Assembly (NCBI GenBank): GCA_035634095.1
Contig: DASQDP010000049.1
Span: 1,711 to 65,710 of the forward strand
DNA: 64,000 nt
Direction of reading: 5' to 3'
Source of the DNA: Nocardioidaceae bacterium
GTDB taxonomy: Bacteria > Actinomycetota > Actinomycetes > Propionibacteriales > Nocardioidaceae
The notes beneath the pieces are model-generated. The model ran no database searches, had not been told where the DNA came from, and worked only from the letters and a program-made list of their open reading frames with translations. Positions 31,953-40,207 of this stretch are shown here, piece by piece (position 1 is the stretch's first letter; each line of letters starts with the position of its first letter). Both the position numbers and the translations under genes were made by a program.

Positions 31953-32678
31953 ATGAAGCGATTTCGGCCGGACGCCGACGGTGGCGCCTACGTGGCGCTC
32001 GGCGACTCGATCTCGATCGATGACTACGCCGGCGGGGACGGGCGGGGCGGCGCACGTCTCCTGGCCCGCAACCGCGCCCAGGACTTCCCGCAGTGGCAGG
32101 GTCGTGACCTCGGCGGGCTGCCCTGGCACGTGCTCGCCACCGACGGCGCCACCACGGCCACGTTGGACGCTCAGCTGCATCGTCTGGAGCGGCTGCCCGT
32201 GAGAGCGTCCGTCGTCACGGTGACCATCGGCGGCAACGATGTACTCGGCGACTACGGCGACACCGTAGCCGCGATGCGGGTCGTCACCCTCGTCGGCGAG
32301 CGGGTCGGTCGCGCGCTCGACCGGCTCTCGAGCCTGACCGCGTCGTCGGCGCGGATCGTGGTGGGCACCGTCTACGACCCGAGCGACGGCACGGGGGACA
32401 CTGCTGCGGCAGGGCTGCCGGCCTGGCCGGAGGTCGTGGAGGTGCTGGCGGCGCTGAACTCGACGTTGCGGGAGGTCGCCGGCCGCCACGGCGCCGCGGT
32501 CGCCGACATCCACGGACACTTCCTCGGTCATGGCCTCACGGTCGGCAACCCGGCGCAGGGCGACCCGCGTCCCCGCAACCAGGAGCTCTGGTACTGCAAC
32601 ATCATCGAGCCCAACGCCTGGGGCGCCGGTGGCGTGCGAGCAGCCTTCTGGGAGGCGTTGCACGCCGGCGCCTGCTAG
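31953..32678 (+). CDS. SGNH/GDSL hydrolase
   Basis: ALGDSIS, TIGGND, IEPNAWG. Confidence 0.82.
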   Translation: MKRFRPDADGGAYVALGDSISIDDYAGGDGRGGARLLARNRAQDFPQWQGRDLGGLPWHVLATDGATTATLDAQLHRLERLPVRASVVTVTIGGNDVLGDYGDTVAAMRVVTLVGERVGRALDRLSSLTASSARIVVGTVYDPSDGTGDTAAAGLPAWPEVVEVLAALNSTLREVAGRHGAAVADIHGHFLGHGLTVGNPAQGDPRPRNQELWYCNIIEPNAWGAGGVRAAFWEALHAGAC

Positions 32679-33223
32679 TCGGCGAGGGCGTCGAGCAGCT
32701 GCGCCTTGGACTTGTTCGACATGCCGGTGAGGCCGCGCGATCGCGCTTCCGCCCGCAGCTGCACGACCGTCCAGGTGTCATCCGGAGCGTCCGGGGACCC
32801 CTCCTCCGCCGACTGTTCCGCGAGGTCGGCAGCCGTGGCATCTGCCGCCTCGTCGGTGGCCGTCGACGGCTCCGCCACCTCGACGAGTGTCGGCTGTGCC
32901 GAGTCCTCCAACGGGTCGGAGTTCGCGTCGAGCTGCGGGACGGTTGCCGTCGCGGCCGACGCGGCGTGCTTCGCCGCCTGCTTCGTGGCCTGCTTCGCCG
33001 CCTGCTTGGTCGCCTTGTCGAGACGCTTGCTCAGCTTGGCCGCCTCCGCCTTGGACTCCTTGACGGTCCTCTCCAGCCGGTCGTTCTTCTTCTTGTACCG
33101 GTCGGCCTTCGCGTCGGCGCGGTCCACCTCGGCCCGCAGCTTCTTGATGGTGGCCTTGAGCTGCTTGTCGCTGGACGTCGCCCGCTTCTTCTCGGCGGTG
33201 GTCGATCGCTTCTTCGCTGGCAT
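32675..33223 (-). CDS. Lys/Ala-rich coiled-coil protein with C-terminal Rho_N-like (HeH) domain
   Basis: GAGGAG RBS; KQAA-type repeats; WTVVQLRAEARSRGLTGMSNKSKAQLLDAL. Confidence 0.75.
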   Translation of the reverse strand: MPAKKRSTTAEKKRATSSDKQLKATIKKLRAEVDRADAKADRYKKKNDRLERTVKESKAEAAKLSKRLDKATKQAAKQATKQAAKHAASAATATVPQLDANSDPLEDSAQPTLVEVAEPSTATDEAADATAADLAEQSAEEGSPDAPDDTWTVVQLRAEARSRGLTGMSNKSKAQLLDALAD

Positions 33224-33354
33224 GGGTTCTCCTCGTTTGTCGGGGGCACCCATGATGCCCTGTCACGAGGGTCACTGCCTCCCGGCGACATCGGCTCGAG
33301 GCCTGTCGGTGCGGAGCTCGCCTCGTGGCGGACCGCCCGGTGGCACCGCTGGCG

Positions 33355-34002
33355 TCATCGCCCCAGGAACGTGCACACGCAGACTCGGTTGCCGTCCGGG
33401 TCGGCGAGCACGACGAACGACGGGGCGGCCACGTCGCTGACCACGCGCCCGCCCGCGGCGACCGCAGCGGCGATGCGCTGGTCGGCGAGGTCGTGCGGAA
33501 CCCAGAGGTCGACGTGAAAGCGCTGGCGAGGGGTGTCGTGCGCGTCGGTCTCCTGGAACCACAGCAACGGCACCCGCCCGCCGGGGTCCACCACGTCGGT
33601 GCCGCTCACGGCCTCGGCGCTCCCGGTCAGCAGCACCGCCCAGAACGGCCCCAGGCCGGCGAGGTCTGCGGTGTCGAGCGCGAGCTCGACCTCGCGCACC
33701 GCGCTCGGGTCGGCAGGGATCCCCTGCTCGAGAGCGATCTCGCTGATCCTCCGGGCCAGCGCCAGATCACGCCGGGTCACTCCAGAGACGTCGTGGCTGA
33801 CCAGCGCGATGTCCACGAAGGTGTAGCGCAGGTCGACGTCGGGATGGTGGTCGGCCTGCTCGGCCGCCTCGGCCACGGCCGTGACGAAGCTGATGCCCGT
33901 GGTGAAGTCGGCGGTCAGGAAACGCGCGTGCAGCGCCGTTGCCAGCATCCGCCAGTCGTCCAGCCGGGCGTCGAGGATCTGCGTGCTGCTCAACCGTGCC
34001 AT
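33355..34002 (-). CDS. Pterin-4a-carbinolamine dehydratase-like / VOC (glyoxalase) fusion
   Basis: ADHHPDVDLRY..SHDV; PRQRFHVDLWV; VLADPDGNRVCVC. Confidence 0.85.
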   Translation of the reverse strand: MARLSSTQILDARLDDWRMLATALHARFLTADFTTGISFVTAVAEAAEQADHHPDVDLRYTFVDIALVSHDVSGVTRRDLALARRISEIALEQGIPADPSAVREVELALDTADLAGLGPFWAVLLTGSAEAVSGTDVVDPGGRVPLLWFQETDAHDTPRQRFHVDLWVPHDLADQRIAAAVAAGGRVVSDVAAPSFVVLADPDGNRVCVCTFLGR

Positions 34003-34027
34003 GCGGTCAGTATGTCGACTCGCGGTG

Positions 34028-34924
34028 TCACCGCGGCGTTCCGTCGGCGTCGAGCCGCGCGAGCTCCTCGCCGGTCAGCTCCAGATCAGCCGCTGCCGCA
34101 GAGTCGATGACCGACTGCGGGCGCTTCGCGCCGGGGATCGGGATGACGACGGGGGACTGGGCGAGCTCCCAGGCCAACGCGACCTGCTGGGCGCTGACCC
34201 CTCGCGTCTCGGCCACCTCCTTGAAGGCCGGATGCCTGTCGGCCAGGGCCTTCGCGTCGGACAGGCCACCCAGGGGGCTCCACGGGAGGAACGCCAGGCC
34301 GAGCTCGGCGCACACGTCGATCTCCGGTCGACTGCTCCGGTAGGCCGGGGAGAACTGGTTCTGCACGCTCACCAGCGCACCGTCGAGAACCTCGTGGGCC
34401 TGCCTGATCTGCTCCGGGTCGGCGTTGGACAGCCCGACCATGCGCACCTTGCCGGACGAGTGGATCTCGGCCAGCGTGCCGATCAGGTCGGCGTAGTCAA
34501 CGCTCGGATCGGGCCGGTGATGCTGCCACAGAGCTATCTGCTCGACCCCCAGACGCTGCAGGCTGGCGTCCACCGCCTTGCGGAGGTGTTCTGGGCTGCT
34601 GTCGGTCTCCCAGCGACCTCCGTCGGTGCGGACGTGCCCACCCTTGGTGGCGACCAGCACCTGGTCGCGGACCCCGAGCTCGTCGAGCAGACCGGCGATC
34701 AGCCGCTCGTTGGCGCCCTGCGCCCCGGCACCGAGCTCATCGCCAGGACCGTAGGCGTCGGCCGTGTCGAACAGCGTGACGCCTGCGTCCAGGGCGGCAC
34801 GCACGGTGTCCGCGAGCTGTTCGCGCGGCTGCGTCCCCGATTGGTCGAAGGTCATCAGCCCGAGGCCGATCGCCCCCACAGCGATCCTGCCCACCTGCTC
34901 ATTGCCGATCTGTCGTGTCTGCAT
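34028..34924 (-). CDS. Aldo/keto reductase
   Basis: LFDTADAYG, ATKGG, SLQRLG, WQHHRPD, GLSN, PWSPLGG, PIPGAKR. Confidence 0.93.
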   Translation of the reverse strand: MQTRQIGNEQVGRIAVGAIGLGLMTFDQSGTQPREQLADTVRAALDAGVTLFDTADAYGPGDELGAGAQGANERLIAGLLDELGVRDQVLVATKGGHVRTDGGRWETDSSPEHLRKAVDASLQRLGVEQIALWQHHRPDPSVDYADLIGTLAEIHSSGKVRMVGLSNADPEQIRQAHEVLDGALVSVQNQFSPAYRSSRPEIDVCAELGLAFLPWSPLGGLSDAKALADRHPAFKEVAETRGVSAQQVALAWELAQSPVVIPIPGAKRPQSVIDSAAAADLELTGEELARLDADGTPR

Positions 34925-34990
34925 GACGTGAGGTTCCCCGCGCCGGCGTCCGGAAACAGCCCCGGTCGACCAGGGGGTCGTCGCGACGCC

Positions 34991-35761
34991 TCAGCCTTCG
35001 ACGAGGTACGGCTCGGCCCACGCGCTGATGATGCGGGCCGCCCTTCTGGCCTGGTGCGCTCCAGTGAGCATGTGGTCGGCGCCCTCCAGGGAGACGAAGC
35101 TGCGCGGATGCTTCGCCGCGCCGAAGATCTGGCTGGCGTTCTCGATCCCGACCGTGGTGTCGGTGGGGGAGTGCATCACGAGCAGTGCCCTCTGCAGCGT
35201 TCGGATCCGCTCGTGCAGGTCAACCGCCCGCACGTCCTCGACGAAGTGCCGTCGCAGGGTGAGCGCCTTGCCCCCGATGAGGAACGGCGCTTCCCCTTCG
35301 GCGAGGATCCGGCCGACCAGCGCGTCGTACGTGTGCTCCACGTGCCCCGGCTCGTACGGCGCGCCGATGCTCGCCACGGCTCGGACCGACTCGACCTGGT
35401 GCGCCGCGGCGATCACCGCCGCACCCCCGAAGGAATGCCCGACCAGGAGCCGCACCGTCCGGCCCGAGTCGTTGAGGAACTGCGTCGCCTGCACGGTGTC
35501 GGCGACCTTGTGGGAGAACGAGCCGTCGCCCCAGTCGCCCTCGGAGTCGCCGAGGCCGAGGTTGTCGAAGCGGAGCATTCCGATCCCCTCGCTGGCCAGC
35601 TGCTTGCAGATCCGGCTGGCGGCACGACTGTCCTTGCCGAGGGTGAAGCCGTGGGAGAACACGCCCCAGCCGCGCGGGGCACCCTCGGGATGGTCGATCA
35701 GCCCCGCCAGCCTGGGCCCCATCGTGCTGGAGAACCACACCCGCTCGGCCACGCTCTCCAT
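34991..35761 (-). CDS. Alpha/beta hydrolase (OsmC-associated N-terminal type)
   Basis: LRFDNLGLGDSEG, GHSFGG nucleophile elbow, MHSPTD, GADH. Confidence 0.88.
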   Translation of the reverse strand: MESVAERVWFSSTMGPRLAGLIDHPEGAPRGWGVFSHGFTLGKDSRAASRICKQLASEGIGMLRFDNLGLGDSEGDWGDGSFSHKVADTVQATQFLNDSGRTVRLLVGHSFGGAAVIAAAHQVESVRAVASIGAPYEPGHVEHTYDALVGRILAEGEAPFLIGGKALTLRRHFVEDVRAVDLHERIRTLQRALLVMHSPTDTTVGIENASQIFGAAKHPRSFVSLEGADHMLTGAHQARRAARIISAWAEPYLVEG

Positions 35762-35926
35762 CCTGTCAGGGGTGCTGCCGCTGCAGCGACGCACCTCGCC
35801 ACACCGGGGGACCCCGGGCCCGAGCTACGCCGGACGAACCGAACAATCAGGGGATTTCGCTGCGGAGGTGTCGCTCTGCTCCCTACCCTCGTCGTGAGCC
35901 AACGGCACAAGACCGAGGAGTCGTTC

Positions 35927-36202
35927 ATGGGCAAGCTGGGAGCGGGGATCACCCTGCTGGTGATCGGTGCCATCCTCACCTTCGCGGTGACCATCGACAT
36001 CCCTGGCATCGGCAAGGACGCGTTGGGAGTCATCCTGATGCTGGGCGGCGCCCTCGCGATCGCGCTGTGGCTGGTGACCGAGAACCAGCGGCGGCACCAC
36101 CACACCGTCGTCGAGTCCGAGCCCGTGCTCGAGGAGCCCGTCGGCTACGTCGACGACGGCGTACGTCCGGTCGCGGCACGCCGCAGGCGCCGCTTCTTCT
36201 GA
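35927..36202 (+). CDS. Small membrane protein (DUF6458-like)
   Basis: GAGGAG RBS; LGAGITLLVIGAILTFAV..GVILMLGG, two TM helices. Confidence 0.75.
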   Translation: MGKLGAGITLLVIGAILTFAVTIDIPGIGKDALGVILMLGGALAIALWLVTENQRRHHHTVVESEPVLEEPVGYVDDGVRPVAARRRRRFF

Positions 36203-36299
36203 GCAGCGGCGCGACTCGCTCGAGCCGGCGTGTCAGATCGCCGGCGGCGGGCAGGTCGGGGGACGTGCGCGCGCCGGTGACCGGATCAGCGCGGCGGCT

Positions 36300-36525
36300 G
36301 TCGACCCTGGATGGCCGACATGGGGTCCGAGGATGGTGTCGGACTTCGGGATCAGCAGCATGTTGTGCACCCAGCTGTTCACCAACCAGAAGCAGCTCGG
36401 TGCGCTGAACATCTATTCGACCCGGTCAGAGGCCTTCGCGGTGCTCCAGCGGGTGGCCTCCTACGAGAACCGCAAGCTGTTCGACGTTGCCCAGGACGTC
36501 GTGGACACACGATGTGCCCCGCACG
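36300..36525 (+). pseudogene. Internally deleted GAF-ANTAR gene remnant
   Basis: WPTWGPRM..GISSML..LF..LGALNIYS (GAF) joined directly to EAFAVLQRVASYENRKLFDVAQDVV (ANTAR end). Confidence 0.65.
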
Positions 36526-37325
36526 CCCACGGCCCGCTGGTCGGACTGGCGATGGGGTGCGTCTCGCTCGAGCACCAGTCGGCGGGCCACGATGGCGCGC
36601 GCGACCTCGGTGACCGGCGGGTCGTGCGCGAAGGCGTACGCGCGCAGTCGGGCCGCGGCCACGGCGATGGACGCGTCGAGCTGGATCGCCACCATCGCCT
36701 GCGCCTGGTACACCTCGAGCCGGTCGTCCTGGCCCTCGGAGAAGACGGCGGCCGTGGTGTCGGGCCTCCACCCGTCGGCCTGGTCGCCATGACGAGCGAC
36801 GACGCGGAGCTGGTCATCCTGCGCGTCGAGCAGCAGCCACAAGGCAACGTCGCTGAAGGTCAACGCCGTGGACACGCCAACGGGAGGCAGCGAGCCGACG
36901 GTCCGTGAATAGATGTCCATGGTGCCCAGGCGCGCAGCCCCTGCCTGCAGCGGGAAGGCGAACACCGCCCGCAGGCCATCGGCCCTGGCCGCTTGCACGT
37001 ACGCCGGCCAACGAGTGCTCACCTCCGCCAGATCCGGGGTGAGCACGGGTCTGCCCGTCCGGAAGGCCTCGAGGCAGGGGCCGTCTCCGAGGGTGAACTG
37101 CAGTTCCTGCACCCGCGCGTGGCCCGGTTCGGACGCCGCGGTGGCCAGTGGCTCGCCAGACTCGGACAGCACACTGAGGCCGACTCCGGACACACCGAGC
37201 TGACGAGTCACGACCCGACAGAGTCGCTGCAGCCACCCGGTCAGGTGCGGCTTGTCCCCTTCCAGCGACGGCTCTTCCCGAACGAGTGCCGTTGCCTCGT
37301 CGAATCCGATCGCGGGGTCGGTCAA
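36426..37325 (-). CDS. GAF and ANTAR domain protein
   Basis: ELQFTLGDGPCLEAFRTG, VFAFPLQAG, EVYQAQAMVAIQL..ARLRAYAF..EVARAIV; start uncertain; 3' end runs into the antisense remnant. Confidence 0.82.
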   Translation of the reverse strand: MTDPAIGFDEATALVREEPSLEGDKPHLTGWLQRLCRVVTRQLGVSGVGLSVLSESGEPLATAASEPGHARVQELQFTLGDGPCLEAFRTGRPVLTPDLAEVSTRWPAYVQAARADGLRAVFAFPLQAGAARLGTMDIYSRTVGSLPPVGVSTALTFSDVALWLLLDAQDDQLRVVARHGDQADGWRPDTTAAVFSEGQDDRLEVYQAQAMVAIQLDASIAVAAARLRAYAFAHDPPVTEVARAIVARRLVLERDAPHRQSDQRAVGVRGTSCVHDVLGNVEQLAVLVGGHPLEHREGL

Positions 37326-37571
37326 GGGCGCCGTTCCGGAGCCGGCCCGGACGGCAGGGTGACCGGCGGCTCCGTGCCCCGTCCGGGCGAGCGGATGGTG
37401 GCACCATCGCTTCCGAGTGCATTTGTCGTCAACACGCCGACCGCCCCATCTCCCAGCCGCACGGGCCGTCAGGGTCTGGGACGGTGGGTCGGTCGTTACC
37501 CCCGTTGACACCGGGCATGCGCACCGCAGCGGCGCCTCTGCTCCCCCACTACCGCCCGTGTCCTGGGTCCC

Positions 37572-38870
37572 TCAACTCACGGCTGCCGCCTCGGAGGCTC
37601 CTGCGGCTGCGCCGGCAGTGCCCGTTCGACACGCAGGCGCGGTCACGCTGGGCGACCGCGGTGGCGCGACCACCACGTCGGCGGGGCGAGGCGCCCGAGC
37701 CACGGTCGTGGCTACCGTCGCGGCCACAAGGACGGCTGTGAGTGTCAACGCGGTGCCAGACAGTCCCGCTCCTGCGACGAGCATCGGCAGAACGGCTGTG
37801 CCGACCGAGGAGCCCAGCGCGCGCGCCGCTGTGGCACTTGCCAACGCGGCTGTGACGGCGTCCGGTCTGTCGCGCGACGCCCGAGTGTCGAGCAGCCCCT
37901 CCAAGGTCGTCATGCAGAGCCCGGACAGGATCTGGGCGACGCAGAGCCAGATCACCGCCTGGGCCGCCGTCGTCCATCCGAGCACCATGCCTACGGCCAA
38001 CACCAGCCACCAGCGCAGGACGTTGCGGTGCGTGCGCTCGACGTACTGGGCGACCGCCGGTGCGAACAGGGAACCAACCGTGAACGCGGCAGCCGACAAC
38101 CCCACGGACCCGCGACCGTGCAGCTCGGCGGCCAGGGCGACAGCCAGCAGGGTCGGTGCCGACGCCACCGCCATCAGCAGCGCACCGAGGATGGTGGTCG
38201 TGCTCGGCGACCGGAGGCGGCTCCCTGACCGCCGCAACCACCGTGAGGCCGGTCGTCGGCCCGTGAGTGCCGCCCGTGGTACCCGCGAACCGCCGGCGAC
38301 GACGATGGTGGGGACGAGCGCGCCGACGTACAGCACGCCGACGCCCGCCAGGACCTCTGGCGACGGTCGGTCGCCGCTCCCCAGCGGCACCAGTGCGCCA
38401 GCCGCCACACCCACCGCCTCGACCGCGGCGACGACGGTCCCGTACCAGGTGATGCCCCCGGCGCCGTCGGAGACAGCCGCCACCTCAGCACGCATGCCGG
38501 CGTAGCCGGTCCAGGCGACGACGTTCATGAGCGTCACTGAGGCCGCGAGCATCCACATCGGAGCGCCGCCCGCCAGCATGGCCATGACGCCGGCGCGCAG
38601 CAGTGCCTCGACGCCACCCGCGCTGCGGAGCAGCCGACGACCGTCGAGCCGCTGCGACATCCACGTTGCGACCGGTGCCGACAGCGCCACGCCGACCAGC
38701 ATCGCCGTGCTGCACAGGCCGGCCGCGACGAGCCCGTGCTGGCGCGTCAGCTCGAGGAGGACGACGGTCCACGCGAAGGACAGGCAGAACGAGTCGACCA
38801 GTCCGGCCGCCACGAGCTGCAGCAGCCGGCGACGGTTCTGGTTGCTCCGCCGAGCCGCCGTCCCCGTCAT
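37572..38870 (-). CDS. MFS-like membrane transporter
   Basis: About 12 hydrophobic segments, RLDGRRLL loop motif; starts 3 nt after the decarboxylase stop. Confidence 0.72.
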   Translation of the reverse strand: MTGTAARRSNQNRRRLLQLVAAGLVDSFCLSFAWTVVLLELTRQHGLVAAGLCSTAMLVGVALSAPVATWMSQRLDGRRLLRSAGGVEALLRAGVMAMLAGGAPMWMLAASVTLMNVVAWTGYAGMRAEVAAVSDGAGGITWYGTVVAAVEAVGVAAGALVPLGSGDRPSPEVLAGVGVLYVGALVPTIVVAGGSRVPRAALTGRRPASRWLRRSGSRLRSPSTTTILGALLMAVASAPTLLAVALAAELHGRGSVGLSAAAFTVGSLFAPAVAQYVERTHRNVLRWWLVLAVGMVLGWTTAAQAVIWLCVAQILSGLCMTTLEGLLDTRASRDRPDAVTAALASATAARALGSSVGTAVLPMLVAGAGLSGTALTLTAVLVAATVATTVARAPRPADVVVAPPRSPSVTAPACRTGTAGAAAGASEAAAVS

Positions 38871-38873
38871 GTC

Positions 38874-40052
38874 TCAGCCAACGAAGTGGGGCGTTGGCGG
38901 TGGAAAGCCGTTGAAGTGTGATGCGTAGCTCAGCGTGTAGGCGCCGGCCGAACCGACGTACACGCGGTCACCTTCGCTCATCGTGATCGGCAACAGCGCC
39001 CCGAAGAACATCGTGTCCGAGCTGTCGCAGCTCGGACCCGTCACGGTGAAGGGGATGTGCTCGACCGCGCCATGGTCCTGACGAGACGACCACAGGGGAA
39101 AGCGCCACTGGCCGACGCTCTGCTGGGTCTCCATCAGGCCGTTGTAGGCGCCCACGTCGAGGTACAACCACTCCTCTCCGGCACGAACCTCACGGCCGAG
39201 CACCTCGGCGGCCATGACAGCGGTCTCCGCCACGAGGTGCCGCCCCGGCTCCGCTGCGACCAACACCGGCCGATAGGGCAGCATCTCGTCGAGCGCCCTG
39301 TTCACGACAACGCCGATCTCCTCGATGGTAGGGGTCGGCTCGCCGTAGCGAGCCGGGAAGCCGCCGCCGATGTCGAGCATCTCGAGGTAGACGCCGTCCT
39401 TCGAGAGCTGACGCATGAGGCGTCCCACCGAGGCCAGCGCCTGCACCCAGGCCGACGTGGACGTGCACTGTGAACCCACGTGGAAGGTCACCCCGTACGC
39501 GTGCAGCCCGAGGTGCCGAGCCTGGAGCAGCAGCGCCCGCGCGTGATGTGCCTCCGCGCCGAACTTCCGCGACAGGGGGAAGACGCTGCCCGAGTCATCG
39601 ACCCGTACGCGGACGTAGACGGCTGCTCCCGGCGCGCAGCGCGCGATCTTCTCGAGCTCGCCCTCGGAGTCGATCGCGAACCGCCACACGCCGGACTCGT
39701 ACGCAGCACGCACATGCGCTGCCGGCTTCACCGTGTTGCTGTACAGCACCTCCTTCGGGTCCACCCCGATTCCCTGCAGCACCCGCAGCTCTCCGAGGGA
39801 TGCGATCTCGAAGCTCGAACCATGGTCGGCCAGGGTGCGCAGCACTCGTTGCTCGGAGTTGCACTTGACGGCATAGAAGGGCTGGACCCCTGGCAGGGCC
39901 GCCTCGAAGGCACGCAGCCGCTGCGCCACCAGACGCGTGTCCCCAGCAAGAAAGGGAGTAGGCAGGTCGAGCAAGCCGAGCTCGTGCGGATGGAGACTGT
40001 CAGGCCACGATCGCGGGACGTCGGTCAAGGCGCCCAGATCAAGAACGGTCAC
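38874..40052 (-). CDS. Fold-type III PLP decarboxylase (ornithine/lysine decarboxylase-like)
   Basis: PFYAVKCN, FHVGSQ, LDIGGGF, EPGR, GPSCDS, GAY, FNGF; start at GTG after GGGAG. Confidence 0.9.
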   Translation of the reverse strand: MTVLDLGALTDVPRSWPDSLHPHELGLLDLPTPFLAGDTRLVAQRLRAFEAALPGVQPFYAVKCNSEQRVLRTLADHGSSFEIASLGELRVLQGIGVDPKEVLYSNTVKPAAHVRAAYESGVWRFAIDSEGELEKIARCAPGAAVYVRVRVDDSGSVFPLSRKFGAEAHHARALLLQARHLGLHAYGVTFHVGSQCTSTSAWVQALASVGRLMRQLSKDGVYLEMLDIGGGFPARYGEPTPTIEEIGVVVNRALDEMLPYRPVLVAAEPGRHLVAETAVMAAEVLGREVRAGEEWLYLDVGAYNGLMETQQSVGQWRFPLWSSRQDHGAVEHIPFTVTGPSCDSSDTMFFGALLPITMSEGDRVYVGSAGAYTLSYASHFNGFPPPTPHFVG

Positions 40053-40207
40053 TTTCACTCCCAGGTCCGGCGACTGGGCGGCCTCCCTGCCGCCACGGAC
40101 CGTCGCCAAGGTCGAGGGTAGGAAAGTCCCGTGTCCCTTTTGGGGGCTTTCGGCAAAGTTTTGCGATTAGTCAGCAGGCAGGCGGCGGCCGTACCGATAC
40201 TCCTGTC

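Noticed and set aside
33355-34002. PCD-VOC fusion as a novelty
   Set aside because: To my knowledge this architecture is common in Actinobacteria; nothing unusual in its context here.
40110-40175. AT-rich segment (CGCAAAACTTTGCCGAAAGCCCCCAAAAGGGAC on the minus strand) resembling a c-di-GMP-I riboswitch upstream of the decarboxylase
   Set aside because: The GAAA is not closed by a proper stem and the GCAAAG/P2 elements are missing; more likely divergent promoter DNA. An Infernal/Rfam scan would settle it.
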